64,000 nucleotides of DNA, taken from positions 2,287-66,286 of the forward strand of contig JAFRFD010000060.1 of assembly GCA_017434525.1 (NCBI GenBank), read 5' to 3'. The notes beneath the pieces were generated by a model. It ran no database searches and was not told where the DNA came from. It saw nothing but the letters and a program-made list of their open reading frames with translations. Position numbers and translations under genes: made by a program. This document shows positions 9,892-20,773 of the stretch, piece after piece; position 1 is the first letter of the stretch, and every line of letters begins with the position of its first letter. The DNA comes from Methanobrevibacter sp. (GTDB taxonomy: Archaea > Methanobacteriota > Methanobacteria > Methanobacteriales > Methanobacteriaceae).

Positions 9892-11193
9892 ATGGCTTTA
9901 ACAGAACAAAAATTGACAGAAGATAAGAAAGTTGAATTGCTGTGCGAAGTAAGTCCTGAAGACTTCGAAAAAGCTGTACAGCGCGCATATTTGCGTGAGA
10001 ACAAAAGGATTCAGCTTCCTGGTTTCCGTAAAGGAAAGGCTACTCGTCAGATGATCGAGAGACGTTTTGGTGAAAACTTCTTCTATGAAGATGCAGCAAA
10101 TGATCTTCTTCAAGATCTGTATGATGATGCTATCAAATCATGTGATTATGAACTTGTTGAGAGAGCTCCTGAAGTTAAGATCAACAAAATGAATAAAGAA
10201 GAAGGTATGACTGTTACTTTTACTGTGCCGTTAAGACCTGAAGTAACAGTTAAACAGTATAAGGGTGTTTCTGCAGTAAAGGATGTTCCTGAAGTAACTG
10301 AAGAAGAAATCACAGCCGAGTTAACTAGATATCAGAAAAACGCTGCTAGAGTATTGGATATTGATGATCGTCCTGCTGCACTTGATGATGAAGTAATCAT
10401 TGATTTTGATGGTTATGTTGACGGAAAAGCTTTTGAGGGTGGAAAAGCAGAAAACCATAAACTGTTATTAGGTTCTCATTCATTTATTGACAATTTTGAA
10501 GACCAGATTGTCGGACATTCAATTGGCGACGAATTTGATGTTAATGTCACTTTCCCGGAAGATTACAGTGAAAAAACCTTGGCAGGAAAACCTGCTGTAT
10601 TTAAGTGCAAGCTTCATGGCATTCGTTATGAAGAATTACCAGAACTTGATGACGAACTTGCAAAAGATGTTAGTGAGTTTGACACACTTGACGAATTAAA
10701 AGATGATATCAAAAATACGATACTCAAGCGCAAAGAAGATAGGGCAAATACAGAGTTCGAGAATGCTTTGATGGACAAGATAATCGAAGATATGGAAGGT
10801 GATATCCATCCTGCTTTGATCGAGGAAGCAATAGATAACGAACTGGATCAGTTTGCTTATAGTCTCCAGTATCAGGGTATCGATATGGATACATATTTTA
10901 AATACACTGGTCTGAATAAGGATTATCTGCGTCAGTCTGTGCGTCCTACAGCGGAAAAGAAAGTTAAAGTAAGTTTGGCTCTTGAGGCTATTGCACGTGC
11001 TGAGAAGCTTGAAGTGACCGCTGAAGATATTGAAAATGAATATGAGAAACAGGCAAAGCAGTATCAGATGGAAGTGGACAAACTCAAAGAACTGCTTCCT
11101 GAAAAACTGATGAAAGCTGATTTGCTCAGAAGTAAAGCTCTTGATTTCGTTAGAGACAATGGAGTTGTTGAAGCTAAACCTGAAGAGGAATAA
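9892..11193 (+). CDS. tig: Trigger factor
   Basis: GFRKGK ribosome-binding motif and FKBP domain. GGAGG SD before the ATG at 9892; promoter TTGTAG-17-TATAAT at 9835..9863. Confidence 0.97.
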   Translation: MALTEQKLTEDKKVELLCEVSPEDFEKAVQRAYLRENKRIQLPGFRKGKATRQMIERRFGENFFYEDAANDLLQDLYDDAIKSCDYELVERAPEVKINKMNKEEGMTVTFTVPLRPEVTVKQYKGVSAVKDVPEVTEEEITAELTRYQKNAARVLDIDDRPAALDDEVIIDFDGYVDGKAFEGGKAENHKLLLGSHSFIDNFEDQIVGHSIGDEFDVNVTFPEDYSEKTLAGKPAVFKCKLHGIRYEELPELDDELAKDVSEFDTLDELKDDIKNTILKRKEDRANTEFENALMDKIIEDMEGDIHPALIEEAIDNELDQFAYSLQYQGIDMDTYFKYTGLNKDYLRQSVRPTAEKKVKVSLALEAIARAEKLEVTAEDIENEYEKQAKQYQMEVDKLKELLPEKLMKADLLRSKALDFVRDNGVVEAKPEEE

Positions 11194-11241
11194 GGATAAT
11201 TTAATTGTGATTTCTTTATTCCTGCAAGTTTGGAGGTATAG

Positions 11242-11838
11242 ATGTTCCCATATAATGATATATTGATCCCCAATGTTGTAGAACAGACTAGCAGGGGAGA
11301 GAGAGCCTATGATATTTTCAGCAGGTTGCTGAATGACCGCATTATCATCCTTAATGGAGAGATTAATGACAGTGTCGCAAGTGTTGTTGTAGCCGAATTG
11401 CTTTTTTTGGAAGGCCAGGATCCAGATAAGGATATTAGCTTGTATATTAACAGTCCTGGTGGGTCCATATCAGCAGGACTTGCTATTTACGATACTATGA
11501 ACTATATCAAGTGCGATGTTTCAACGATTTGTGTAGGTTTGGCAGCTTCTATGGGTTCTTTTCTTCTTGCAGCTGGAGCCAAAGGTAAAAGATTCGCTCT
11601 TCCTAACAGTGAGGTGCTAATTCATCAGCCATTGGGAAGAGTTGAAGGCCAGGCTTCTGACATGAAGATCCATACAGATCATATAATTAAGATCAGACAG
11701 AAGATGAACCAAATGTATTCGGAGATGACCGGACAGAAACTAGAAGTAATTGAGCGTGACACAGAGCGTGATTTCTACATGTCTGCTGAAGAAGCTTTAG
11801 AATACGGAATTGTTGATAAAGTAATAGAAAAACGCTAA
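11242..11838 (+). CDS. clpP: ATP-dependent Clp protease proteolytic subunit
   Basis: [20 protein letters not shown] and IHQP motifs. Confidence 0.98.
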   Translation: MFPYNDILIPNVVEQTSRGERAYDIFSRLLNDRIIILNGEINDSVASVVVAELLFLEGQDPDKDISLYINSPGGSISAGLAIYDTMNYIKCDVSTICVGLAASMGSFLLAAGAKGKRFALPNSEVLIHQPLGRVEGQASDMKIHTDHIIKIRQKMNQMYSEMTGQKLEVIERDTERDFYMSAEEALEYGIVDKVIEKR

Positions 11839-11851
11839 CGGAAGGAATACG

Positions 11852-13099
11852 ATGGCAGGATCTAAAAAGGTTATGCGTTGTGCTTTCTGCGGAAAGACAC
11901 AGGACCAGGTTGATAGAATGCTCGTAGGTCCTAATGTGTATATTTGCAATGAATGTGTTGAGTTATGTTATTCATTACTTCATGATGATGAATATGTTCC
12001 AGCCTCTAAAAACTCAATGCGTTCGTCTGACGGATTTACTGCTGATAAACTTTTAAAACCAAAAGAAATTAAAGAAATATTAGACAGTTATGTTATTGGT
12101 CAGGACGATGCAAAAGTTACTTTGTCTGTTGCTGTGTATAATCATTACAAGAGATTAAGGAATAACAACAGTAAAGAATCAGAAGTTGAGCTTCAGAAGA
12201 GTAATGTTCTTCTGATTGGTCCGTCAGGTGTTGGAAAGACGTATCTTGCACAGACACTCGCAAAAGCGCTCAATGTACCTTTCGCAATTGCAGATGCCAC
12301 GACTCTTACGGAAGCCGGATATGTCGGAGAAGATGTGGAAAATATTCTTCTTAAACTTATTCAGGCTGCAAATTATGACATAAAAGCTGCAGAACGTGGA
12401 ATAATATATATAGATGAGATAGATAAGATTACTCGTAAGAGTGAGAATCCATCTATTACCAGGGATGTAGGCGGAGAAGGTGTCCAGCAGGCATTGCTAA
12501 AAATATTAGAGGGTACTGTTTCTAATGTTCCGCCTCAGGGAGGAAGAAAACATCCGCAGCAGGAATTTATTCAGATAAATACAAAGAATATTTTGTTTAT
12601 CTGCGGTGGTGCTTTTGATGGAATTGAGAAAATAATCGAAAACAGGGTTTCTTCTTCCGCTTTAGGTTTTGGAGCTGAAGTACTCAGTAAAGAAGAAAAA
12701 GCAAAGCAGAAAAAGTTGTCTATGGTCAACAGTCATGATCTTGTTAAGTATGGTTTAATTCCTGAATTAGTTGGCCGTTTGCCTGTTATCTCTGTTCTGG
12801 ATGCTCTTGATAAACAAACTTTGGTACGCATTCTTACTGAACCGAAAAATGCGCTCATAAAGCAATATCAATATTTATTATCGTTAGATAATGTATCTCT
12901 TGAATTTACTAATGAGGCTTTGGAAGAAATAGCTCAGAGGACTTTAGACAAGAACTCAGGAGCAAGAGGATTAAGAGCGGTACTGGAAGAATTACTGATT
13001 CCCACTATGTTCGATGTCAGCTCAAGAAACGATGTGAATAAAGTAGTATTTGACATAGAAGATGTCAAAAACGGAAAACCACAAGTTATTACCAAATAA
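11852..13099 (+). CDS. clpX: Clp protease ATPase subunit ClpX
   Basis: C4 zinc finger, [21 protein letters not shown] loop, LGF loop. Confidence 0.98.
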   Translation: MAGSKKVMRCAFCGKTQDQVDRMLVGPNVYICNECVELCYSLLHDDEYVPASKNSMRSSDGFTADKLLKPKEIKEILDSYVIGQDDAKVTLSVAVYNHYKRLRNNNSKESEVELQKSNVLLIGPSGVGKTYLAQTLAKALNVPFAIADATTLTEAGYVGEDVENILLKLIQAANYDIKAAERGIIYIDEIDKITRKSENPSITRDVGGEGVQQALLKILEGTVSNVPPQGGRKHPQQEFIQINTKNILFICGGAFDGIEKIIENRVSSSALGFGAEVLSKEEKAKQKKLSMVNSHDLVKYGLIPELVGRLPVISVLDALDKQTLVRILTEPKNALIKQYQYLLSLDNVSLEFTNEALEEIAQRTLDKNSGARGLRAVLEELLIPTMFDVSSRNDVNKVVFDIEDVKNGKPQVITK

Positions 13100-13104
13100 T
13101 ATAG

Positions 13105-13138
13105 AAAAATGAACAGGCTTAACTGCCTGTTCATTTTT
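13105..13138 (+). terminator. Intrinsic terminator after clpX
   Basis: AAAAATGAACAGGC-N6-GCCTGTTCATTTTT. Confidence 0.85.
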
Positions 13139-13215
13139 GTTGATTGCATTTTTAAAAAAGTGTTGCTAAACTAAATAAACTATGAAATTTTATGATAATA
13201 AATCTGTTTAGGTAA

Positions 13216-15552
13216 TTGTTAATGAGAGTTGATGATTTGCTGGTATTCCCAGTTGTAGCAATGAGAGGTGTCGTTCTTTTTCCAGACACTGTAAATCATT
13301 TTGATGTTAGCAGAGACGCTTCAATAAAGTCAGTCAATTACTGTCTTGATAGAGGAGAGCGTATTTTTCTGGTTTGTCAGAAGGATATTTCTGTTGAATA
13401 TCCAAAAGAAAAAGATCTGTACTCATATGGTGTTGTAGCAGAAGTCAGACAGGTTCTGAAAATAAACAATGAATTATTCAGAGTACTTGTAGACTGTAAA
13501 TACCGCGCTAGGATTTTTACACTACAACAACATGATGATGTAGTATTTGCCGGTGTTCTTAGAGAAGATGCAAGAAAAATACTAAAAAAAGACCTTACTA
13601 CTGCTTCTGCGCTGGTAAGAAGTCTTCAGGATCAATTAAATACTTTTACGAATTTTGTTCCTAAAATTGCGAATGACATCCTTTTAAAAGCATATTCAAA
13701 TACAAATCCTAAGGAATTAGTGGAATATCTGGCTTTTAATCTTCCGCTGCAATATCAGGATAAACAGGATATTCTTAATGAATCCAGTTCACTAAAAAGA
13801 TTATCCATTCTTCTTGATATTTTGGCTAAAGAAAATGACGTCCTAAAGATAGAGCAGGAGATAAATGAAAAGATCCAGGACTCTATGATGCAGAATCAGA
13901 GGGAGTTCTATTTGCGAGAGCAAATGCGTACGATATCTGAAGAGCTTGGAGAAGAACCTTCCTTGGAGCAAGATTTCAACGATCTTCATCTTAGGGTTGA
14001 ATCTTTACCAATAGATACTGTTTATAAGGAAAAGCTACATAAGGAAGTAAACCGACTGTCACAGCAACCGCCCAGTTCTCCCGAATATGCTGTAATAGAT
14101 CAGTATCTTGATACCATCCTTAATTTGCCTTGGGATAAATACACGACTGATAATCTGGATATTATACGTGCACAGCGTATATTGGATAAAGACCATTATG
14201 GCCTTAAAGAAGTAAAAGACCGTATTGTCGAATATCTTGCTGTTCGTGCAAGAACAGGGAAGCAGGGCGGTCAGATTTTGTGTCTCGTTGGACCTCCAGG
14301 TGTTGGTAAAACATCAGTAGCCAAGTCATTGGCCGACAGTATGGGCAGAAGATTTGTAAGAATGTCACTTGGAGGTGTAAGAGACGAAGCAGAGATTAGA
14401 GGTCATAGAAGGACATATGTTGCTGCTATGCCTGGCAAAATTATCTCTGCAATTCAACAAGCAGGTTCTGCTAATCCGCTTATTCTTTTGGATGAAATAG
14501 ATAAACTTGGTAATGATTATAAAGGCGATCCTTCATCAGCTTTGCTGGAAGTGTTGGATCCAGAACAGAATAACAGCTTTGTGGATCATTATCTTGATAT
14601 ACCGTTCGACCTTTCCAATGTAGTATTTGTTACTACCGCAAATGACGGCAGTGCTATTCCTGCTCCTTTATATGACAGAATGGATGTTATAGAACTGTCA
14701 AGTTATACGAGGCTCGAAAAATATCATATCGCTAAGAAATATTTAATTCCTAAACAAAGAAAAAAACATGGTCTTTCTTCAACGGATGTGACAATATCTG
14801 ATAGCATTATTTACGAATTAATTGACGGATATACAGAAGAAGCTGGAGTAAGGAATCTCGAAAAGACAATTGCAAAGCTGTTCAGAAAAGTCGTAAAAGA
14901 AATAGCGATCAATCCAGATCAGAAGATTCATATTACTAAAAAGTTCATAAAGGAAAATCTGGGTGCGCCAATAAGTCAGGAAAGCGCAATTGCTAATAAG
15001 GACACTGTTGGTTTAGTCAATGGATTGGCTTGGACAGCAGTTGGCGGAGTAGCTTTGCCAATAGAAGTTGTTTTTTATCCGGGAAACGGTAAAATCACAC
15101 TTACCGGTAGTCTTGGTGATGTTATGAAAGAGTCTGCTCAGCTTGCTGTAACTATATCTAAGCTTAATGCAGAAAAACTTGGTATTTCAAATCAGATCTT
15201 TACTGAACGGGATATTCATTTGCATGCACCAGAAGGAGCAGTCAAGAAAGACGGTCCTTCTGCAGGAGTGACTATGGTTACAGCATTGGTGTCTGCAGCG
15301 TGTAATATACCTGCAAGATGCGATTTTGCTATGACAGGGGAAATTACTTTACAGGGGAAAGTGCTGCCTATCGGAGGATTGAAAGAAAAACTAATAGCAG
15401 CTTATAAAGAAAAAATAAAGCACGTCATTATTCCTCACGCGAATATACCAAATCTGCAGGATGTTCCCGAAGAAGTAATGAATGCTATTGAAATTCATCC
15501 TGTTTCTTCAATTGATGAAGTTTTATCGCTTGCATTACGGAAGGAGCAATAA
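13216..15552 (+). CDS. lon: Lon protease
   Basis: GPPGVGKT, RGHRRTY, KDGPSAG (catalytic Ser) and IGGLKEK motifs. Start may be 13216 or 13222. Confidence 0.97.
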   Translation: MLMRVDDLLVFPVVAMRGVVLFPDTVNHFDVSRDASIKSVNYCLDRGERIFLVCQKDISVEYPKEKDLYSYGVVAEVRQVLKINNELFRVLVDCKYRARIFTLQQHDDVVFAGVLREDARKILKKDLTTASALVRSLQDQLNTFTNFVPKIANDILLKAYSNTNPKELVEYLAFNLPLQYQDKQDILNESSSLKRLSILLDILAKENDVLKIEQEINEKIQDSMMQNQREFYLREQMRTISEELGEEPSLEQDFNDLHLRVESLPIDTVYKEKLHKEVNRLSQQPPSSPEYAVIDQYLDTILNLPWDKYTTDNLDIIRAQRILDKDHYGLKEVKDRIVEYLAVRARTGKQGGQILCLVGPPGVGKTSVAKSLADSMGRRFVRMSLGGVRDEAEIRGHRRTYVAAMPGKIISAIQQAGSANPLILLDEIDKLGNDYKGDPSSALLEVLDPEQNNSFVDHYLDIPFDLSNVVFVTTANDGSAIPAPLYDRMDVIELSSYTRLEKYHIAKKYLIPKQRKKHGLSSTDVTISDSIIYELIDGYTEEAGVRNLEKTIAKLFRKVVKEIAINPDQKIHITKKFIKENLGAPISQESAIANKDTVGLVNGLAWTAVGGVALPIEVVFYPGNGKITLTGSLGDVMKESAQLAVTISKLNAEKLGISNQIFTERDIHLHAPEGAVKKDGPSAGVTMVTALVSAACNIPARCDFAMTGEITLQGKVLPIGGLKEKLIAAYKEKIKHVIIPHANIPNLQDVPEEVMNAIEIHPVSSIDEVLSLALRKEQ

Positions 15553-15555
15553 GAA

Positions 15556-16143
15556 GTGATGAACTTTTTGTCATGTTCTTTTTTGAGATCTTTTGGTGAA
15601 GCGTCTCAGTTGTTTCCTTCCGATAGAGACGAAATTGTTTTTTGCGGCAGGTCAAACGTCGGGAAGTCTACACTAATAAATAAACTTTGCAATAACAATA
15701 AACTTGCCAGAGTGAGTTCGACACCTGGCAAAACAGCTACGATCAATTTCTATTCTGCTGGAGATTACTATCTTGTAGACCTTCCCGGTTATGGTTTTTC
15801 TAAAAAGAGCTTTTCAGAAAAAGAGCGATGGGGAAGGCTTATGGAATCATATTTCTCTTCATCTAGAAGGATTAAGCTGGCAGTCTTGCTTTTGGATTCA
15901 AGGCGTATTCCAAATGATGATGATATTGATATGATCAATTATTTCATACATTATGACGTTCCTTTTGCTGTCGTAATTACAAAGATAGATAAACTCAATG
16001 TCAAAGAATATCAGGAACAGATTTCATTGATAAAAGATTTCCTTGCTGGTTCTAGATGCACCGATATTTTCGCATATTCTAGTTTGGATAATGATTCTAT
16101 AATTAACCTCAGAGAAAAATTAACTGAAGTTATTGTTATTTGA
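15556..16143 (+). CDS. engB: GTP-binding protein EngB (YihA/YsxC)
   Basis: GRSNVGKS, TPGKT, DLPGYG and TKID motifs; follows lon as usual. Confidence 0.95.
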   Translation: MMNFLSCSFLRSFGEASQLFPSDRDEIVFCGRSNVGKSTLINKLCNNNKLARVSSTPGKTATINFYSAGDYYLVDLPGYGFSKKSFSEKERWGRLMESYFSSSRRIKLAVLLLDSRRIPNDDDIDMINYFIHYDVPFAVVITKIDKLNVKEYQEQISLIKDFLAGSRCTDIFAYSSLDNDSIINLREKLTEVIVI

Positions 16144-16209
16144 TTTTATTTTTATCATGTGTTAAACTATTTATGCTTTAAAGTGCTAATATAAGGGAGG
16201 AAGTTTACA

Positions 16210-16509
16210 ATGGCTTATATTCGCAGGTCTGAAGAAACTGATGAGCTATTCAAAGCAATCTTGTCATTGGAGACTATTGATGAATGCTATAGTTTCTTTG
16301 ATGACCTTTGTACAGTTCCAGAACTGAAATCTTTTTCACAACGTTATAAGGTCGCAAAGTTATTGCTTGAAGGAAAAGTTTATAGTGATATTGTTGCAGA
16401 AACTGGAGCTTCTACAGCTACTATTAGCAGGGTAAATCGTTCTTTAGCTTATGGCGCTGATGGATATCGCCTTGTATTTGAGAAATTTGGTTGGCTAAAT
16501 AAAGAATAA
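16210..16509 (+). CDS. yerC: YerC/YecD family TrpR-like DNA-binding protein
   Basis: ECYSFFDDLCT..E and TGASTATISRVNRSL.YG motifs; own promoter TTGATT-17-TAAACT at 16140..16168. Confidence 0.9.
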   Translation: MAYIRRSEETDELFKAILSLETIDECYSFFDDLCTVPELKSFSQRYKVAKLLLEGKVYSDIVAETGASTATISRVNRSLAYGADGYRLVFEKFGWLNKE

Positions 16510-17237
16510 TGTCTGACTATAGTTATCTTTCAAAGTATTATGATTCTTTAACCGGCAACGTCGATTACGATCGACGTGCCGATTTTCTTGTAGAAAAAAT
16601 TAAACTACAAAATGGGATTACAGTATTGGACGCTGGGTGTGGCACTGGTTCTATGACCAAACTACTTTTAGAAAGAGGTTTTGATTTAATTGGAGTGGAT
16701 AATTCACCTGAGATGCTTACAATTGCAAGGGAAAAGAACCCGGATGCTCTTTTATTGTGTCAAGATCTTTCAGACCTGGACCTTTATGGAACTGTTCAGT
16801 GTGTAATTTGTTTACAGGACACTTTAAACCATATTAAAGATCTTGACACTGTTGCAGCGTGTATCGATAAGTTTTCTTTATTTCTGGAGCAAAATTGTTT
16901 ATTAATCTTTGATATTAATTCTCTTTATAAACATCAAATCGTTTTAGGTAATAATTCTTTCGTACTGGAAAACGATAATGTTATTTGTGCCTGGAGAAAT
17001 GAATATAATTGCGCTGATGATTCAGTAAGAATGCAATTAGACCTTTTCTACTCAGAAAATGGAAAGAATTATTTAAGAAATACAGAGATAATAAAAGAAA
17101 TATATATTTCACAATCCTGGATCGAGAAAACTCTTGATACAAGTGGTTTTATAATTGAAGAGATTATTGATGGGGACAGATACATCCCTACAGATGATAA
17201 AACAGAAAGAATAATGTATATTGCGAGAAAAAAATGA
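16509..17237 (+). CDS. Class I SAM-dependent methyltransferase
   Basis: VLDAGCGTG and GVDNSPEML motifs. Confidence 0.88.
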   Translation: MSDYSYLSKYYDSLTGNVDYDRRADFLVEKIKLQNGITVLDAGCGTGSMTKLLLERGFDLIGVDNSPEMLTIAREKNPDALLLCQDLSDLDLYGTVQCVICLQDTLNHIKDLDTVAACIDKFSLFLEQNCLLIFDINSLYKHQIVLGNNSFVLENDNVICAWRNEYNCADDSVRMQLDLFYSENGKNYLRNTEIIKEIYISQSWIEKTLDTSGFIIEEIIDGDRYIPTDDKTERIMYIARKK

Positions 17238-18106
17238 ATATGGATAATTTATTCAGATATATAACAGATGATGGTTCAGCTTTTATTCATGTGATAGATT
17301 CAACAAATATTGTTAAGACCATGCACATGATACATAATACTTCTGCTACAGCTTCTGCTGCTCTGGGAAGAAGTCTGACGGTCACTTCATTGATGGGAGC
17401 TGGCCTTATGAAGGATGAGAACAGTTTAACGTTACAGATAAAAGGAAATGGTCCCATCGGAAGTATAGTAGCAGTTAGTGATCATGATGGAAATGTCAGA
17501 GGATATTGTGACAATCCAGCAGCAGATTTTCCTTCTAATTCCAAAGGAAAATTGGATGTGGGAAACGTTGTCGGGCATGATGGTACTTTATATGTCATAA
17601 AAGATCTTGGATTGGACAGACCTTATATTGGACAAGTGCCAATTAAAACTGGCGAAATAGCAGAAGATATAGTTGAATATTATGCTGTCAGTGAACAGGT
17701 ACCAACGGTTTGTTCTTTAGGGGTACTTGTTGATAAAGATCTTTCCATAAGGAGCGCAGGAGGTTTCCTTCTTCAGTTATTGCCCGGAGCTGATGATTCT
17801 ATCATCACCCAGTTGGAGAAAAACATATCATCTTTTCCATCAATTTCTTTTTTGCTGGATTCAGGGAAAAGCCCTTTTGATATTGCAAACATGGTATTTG
17901 AATCTATTAAGTTCAGTGAATTGGATCATTCATATGTCGAATATAGATGCACATGTTCAAGGGACCGAATGGAAAGAGTTCTAATTAGTCTGGGAAAGGA
18001 AGAACTGCATAAATTGTCAGCAGAACAAGAACAAACAGAGATAGTTTGTCATTTCTGTAATAAAAAATATGTTTTTAGTTCCGATGAACTGAATGTATTA
18101 ATATGA
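17234..18106 (+). CDS. hslO: Hsp33 redox-regulated chaperone
   Basis: SEQVPT and GGFLLQLLP motifs; C-terminal CTC...CHFC zinc switch. Confidence 0.95.
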   Translation: MNMDNLFRYITDDGSAFIHVIDSTNIVKTMHMIHNTSATASAALGRSLTVTSLMGAGLMKDENSLTLQIKGNGPIGSIVAVSDHDGNVRGYCDNPAADFPSNSKGKLDVGNVVGHDGTLYVIKDLGLDRPYIGQVPIKTGEIAEDIVEYYAVSEQVPTVCSLGVLVDKDLSIRSAGGFLLQLLPGADDSIITQLEKNISSFPSISFLLDSGKSPFDIANMVFESIKFSELDHSYVEYRCTCSRDRMERVLISLGKEELHKLSAEQEQTEIVCHFCNKKYVFSSDELNVLI

Positions 18107-18176
18107 CATAAATACAATTAATACTGTATAATCAAAACAGTTATGATATATGTAAAAGTCGGCATTTTGTTTTTGG

Positions 18177-18205
18177 TTGACAAACATAAAGATATTATGT
18201 AAAAT
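18177..18205 (+). promoter_or_regulatory. Sigma-A promoter of the tRNA cluster
   Basis: TTGACA-17-TAAAAT; a second candidate ATGACA-18-TATAAT lies at 18103..18132. Confidence 0.75.
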
Positions 18206-18223
18206 GCATTATGTTCGACTGTC

Positions 18224-18300
18224 GGGAGCTTAGCTCAGCTGGTTAGAGCGCCTGCTTCACACGCAGGAGGTCGCAGGTTCGAGTCCTGTAGCGCCCACCA
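18224..18300 (+). tRNA. tRNA-Val(CAC)
   Basis: Cloverleaf; anticodon arm CCTGC-TT-CAC-AC-GCAGG; GTTCGAG; encoded CCA; A4:G69 mismatch in the acceptor stem. Confidence 0.93.
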
Positions 18301-18305
18301 TGATT

Positions 18306-18381
18306 GCGGGTTTAGCTCATCTGGTAGAGCGCCACCTTGCCAAGGTGGAGGTAGCGAGTTCGAGCCTCGTAACCCGCTCCA
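18306..18381 (+). tRNA. tRNA-Gly(GCC)
   Basis: Anticodon arm CCACC-TT-GCC-AA-GGTGG; ends TCCA. Confidence 0.96.
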
Positions 18382-18392
18382 AATAGAAATAT

Positions 18393-18468
18393 GGGGGTAT
18401 AGCTCAGCTGGTAGAGCACCTGCCTTACAAGCAGGGGGTCACAGGTTCGAGTCCTGTTGTCCCCACCA
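18393..18468 (+). tRNA. tRNA-Val(TAC)
   Basis: Anticodon arm CCTGC-CT-TAC-AA-GCAGG; ends ACCA. Confidence 0.96.
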
Positions 18469-18474
18469 GATATA

Positions 18475-18516
18475 AATAATCCAGAAAGACTTACAGTCAT
18501 TTCTGGATTGTTTTTT
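18475..18516 (+). terminator. Terminator after the tRNA cluster
   Basis: AATCCAGAAAGACT-tac-AGTCATTTCTGGATT followed by a T-tract. Confidence 0.8.
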
Positions 18517-18599
18517 GTTTATGAAAATTCTATATCTGCCTATATGATTTATTCTGATGTATTGCTGTGTTATAATCTATTAGATTAAGGTGGTGTAGT

Positions 18600-19094
18600 A
18601 TGCGTATATTAGGAATTGACCCAGGATATGCTATTGTTGGTTATGGTGTCATTGATTATGACAATCATAATTCTTTTCACGTAGCTGCTTATGGAGCAAT
18701 TACTACTGAAGCCAATACATTGTTTGAGAAAAGGCTAGAGAAAATATACTCGGATCTAAACTATGTTATTCAAAGAACGAATCCCGATGTGATGGCAATT
18801 GAAAAGCTTTTCTTTACTAACAATAAAACAACTGGTATCGGAGTAGGAGAGGCCAGGGGTGTGGTTTTGTTAGCTGCAGCTCATGCAGGCCTATCTGTAT
18901 ATGAATATACTCCTAATGAGATAAAGCTGGCAGTGACAGGATATGGAAAAGCAGAGAAAAAACAAGTTATGGAACTGACCAAATTATTACTTAATCTTGA
19001 GAAAGTTCCAAAACCTGATGATACAGCTGATGCTTTGGCAGTTGCTATATGCCACGCACATACATCGAGTTCAGATATGACAAGATTCATATAA
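18600..19094 (+). CDS. ruvC: Holliday junction resolvase RuvC
   Basis: ILGIDPG, AIEKLFF and DDTADALAVAICH motifs. Confidence 0.97.
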   Translation: MRILGIDPGYAIVGYGVIDYDNHNSFHVAAYGAITTEANTLFEKRLEKIYSDLNYVIQRTNPDVMAIEKLFFTNNKTTGIGVGEARGVVLLAAAHAGLSVYEYTPNEIKLAVTGYGKAEKKQVMELTKLLLNLEKVPKPDDTADALAVAICHAHTSSSDMTRFI

Positions 19095-19115
19095 TAAGAT
19101 GAATGAGGTTTTAAT

Positions 19116-19709
19116 ATGATTTATTCGCTTCAAGGTACATTGGATGAGAAAACAGACGGTGGAGCCGTTATTGTGTGTGGCGGAGTAGGATATTTTGTTT
19201 CTTGCTCAGCTAATACTCTTTCTTCTTTACCGGAAACCGGAGATCAGGTTTATCTATATACGATTTTCTCGATTAAAGAAAATGCTGTTGAGTTAAATGG
19301 CTTTGCTTCTAAAGAAGAGAGAGAATTGTTTAGATTGCTGTGCTCTGTTAACGGTGTCGGTTCAAAACTGGCTTTTTCTATTCTTTCTTCTTTTTTACCT
19401 GATAGGCTTATTCTAATAATAGGCAGCGGTGATTCTCACGCTCTGACATCTTGTCCTGGAGTTGGTAACAGAATTGCACAAAGGATTGTAGTTGAATTGA
19501 AAGATAAAGTCTCTGGATTTGCAATAAATTCTTCTAATGAGAAGATCCTTCCAGAAATAACATCTAACGTTGGAGAAGCATTAGCAGCCTTGGTATCTTT
19601 AGGGTTTTCTAATAGTGAAGCAAGCAGAGCATTAGCTTCTGTAAATGATACAGACTCACCTGAACAAATGATTACCGAAGCATTGAGATTATTAGCTACA
19701 AGGAAGTAA
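19116..19709 (+). CDS. ruvA: Holliday junction branch migration protein RuvA
   Basis: GVGY, HhH motifs VNGVGSK and PGVG, and ALVSLGF. Confidence 0.95.
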   Translation: MIYSLQGTLDEKTDGGAVIVCGGVGYFVSCSANTLSSLPETGDQVYLYTIFSIKENAVELNGFASKEERELFRLLCSVNGVGSKLAFSILSSFLPDRLILIIGSGDSHALTSCPGVGNRIAQRIVVELKDKVSGFAINSSNEKILPEITSNVGEALAALVSLGFSNSEASRALASVNDTDSPEQMITEALRLLATRK

Positions 19710-19712
19710 TAA

Positions 19713-20759
19713 ATGAACGATTATTTTGATGACAGGATTGTAGAGCCTACTCTCGAACCAGAAGACCTGGATACAACGAATAAATTGCGCCCTTTGATGC
19801 TGGCTGATTTTATTGGCCAATCACAGGTAAAAGAGAACCTAGCAATTTATATGGAAGCTGCTAAAAGTAGAAATGATACTTTGGATCACATCTTGTTGTA
19901 TGGTCCTCCAGGCCTTGGTAAAACCACTTTGGCTCAGATTATTGCAAGAGAAATGGGAGTAAATATCAGAATTACTTCAGGACCTGCAATTGAGAAACCC
20001 GGAGATCTTGCAGCGCTTTTGACTAGTTTATCTCCTGGAGATGTCCTATTTATTGATGAGATACATCGTTTATCCAGAGCGGTTGAAGAAGTTCTTTATC
20101 CTGCGCTGGAAGATTTTGCTTTGGATATCATTATAGGCAAAGGACCTGCCGCCAGATCGATTCGTATTGATCTTAAAAAGTTCACATTAGTAGGAGCTAC
20201 AACAAGATCAGGAAGACTTTCTTCTCCGTTAAGAGATAGATTCGGAATGCTTTTGAAGTTGGATTTGTATTCTCCGGAAGAACTTGCAACTATCGTTACC
20301 AGATCTGCTTCTATTTTGAATATTCCTGTAGAAGATGAATCTGTAGTTTTAGAAATAGCAAGACGGTCAAGAGGTACACCAAGAATAGCTAACAGGTTGC
20401 TAAGAAGAGTTCGCGATTATGCCGAAGTATTAGGAAATGGTGTTCTGACACAGGAAATTGTCAGTGAGGCTCTTGCTAAGATGGGGATCGATTCTCTGGG
20501 ATTAGATGGTCTGGACAGAAGGCTTTTGGCTGCAGTTATAGATTATTACAATGGCGGTCCTGTAGGACTGGAGACATTGGCTGCAATGCTTGGGGAAGAT
20601 GCTGTTACATTAGAAGATGTTTGCGAACCTTATTTGATGCAAAGTGGATTTCTTACAAGAACCGCAAGAGGTAGATGTGTCACTCCTATGGCGTATCAAC
20701 ACCTAGGAAAACCTCTTCCTACTGATTCGCAGTGGCAAGGATCTTTATTTGAAGACTAA
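19713..20759 (+). CDS. ruvB: Holliday junction helicase RuvB
   Basis: [20 protein letters not shown] and [13 protein letters not shown] motifs. Confidence 0.98.
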   Translation: MNDYFDDRIVEPTLEPEDLDTTNKLRPLMLADFIGQSQVKENLAIYMEAAKSRNDTLDHILLYGPPGLGKTTLAQIIAREMGVNIRITSGPAIEKPGDLAALLTSLSPGDVLFIDEIHRLSRAVEEVLYPALEDFALDIIIGKGPAARSIRIDLKKFTLVGATTRSGRLSSPLRDRFGMLLKLDLYSPEELATIVTRSASILNIPVEDESVVLEIARRSRGTPRIANRLLRRVRDYAEVLGNGVLTQEIVSEALAKMGIDSLGLDGLDRRLLAAVIDYYNGGPVGLETLAAMLGEDAVTLEDVCEPYLMQSGFLTRTARGRCVTPMAYQHLGKPLPTDSQWQGSLFED

Positions 20760-20773
20760 TTTAGGAGGATCTA

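Noticed and set aside
16163-16189. CIRCE element upstream of the yerC-hslO operon
   Set aside because: Only a right-arm-like AAGTGCTAA is present; no TTAGCACTC left arm at 9-nt spacing.
18312-18500. 62-aa minus-strand ORF
   Set aside because: Antisense shadow of tRNA-Gly and tRNA-Val.
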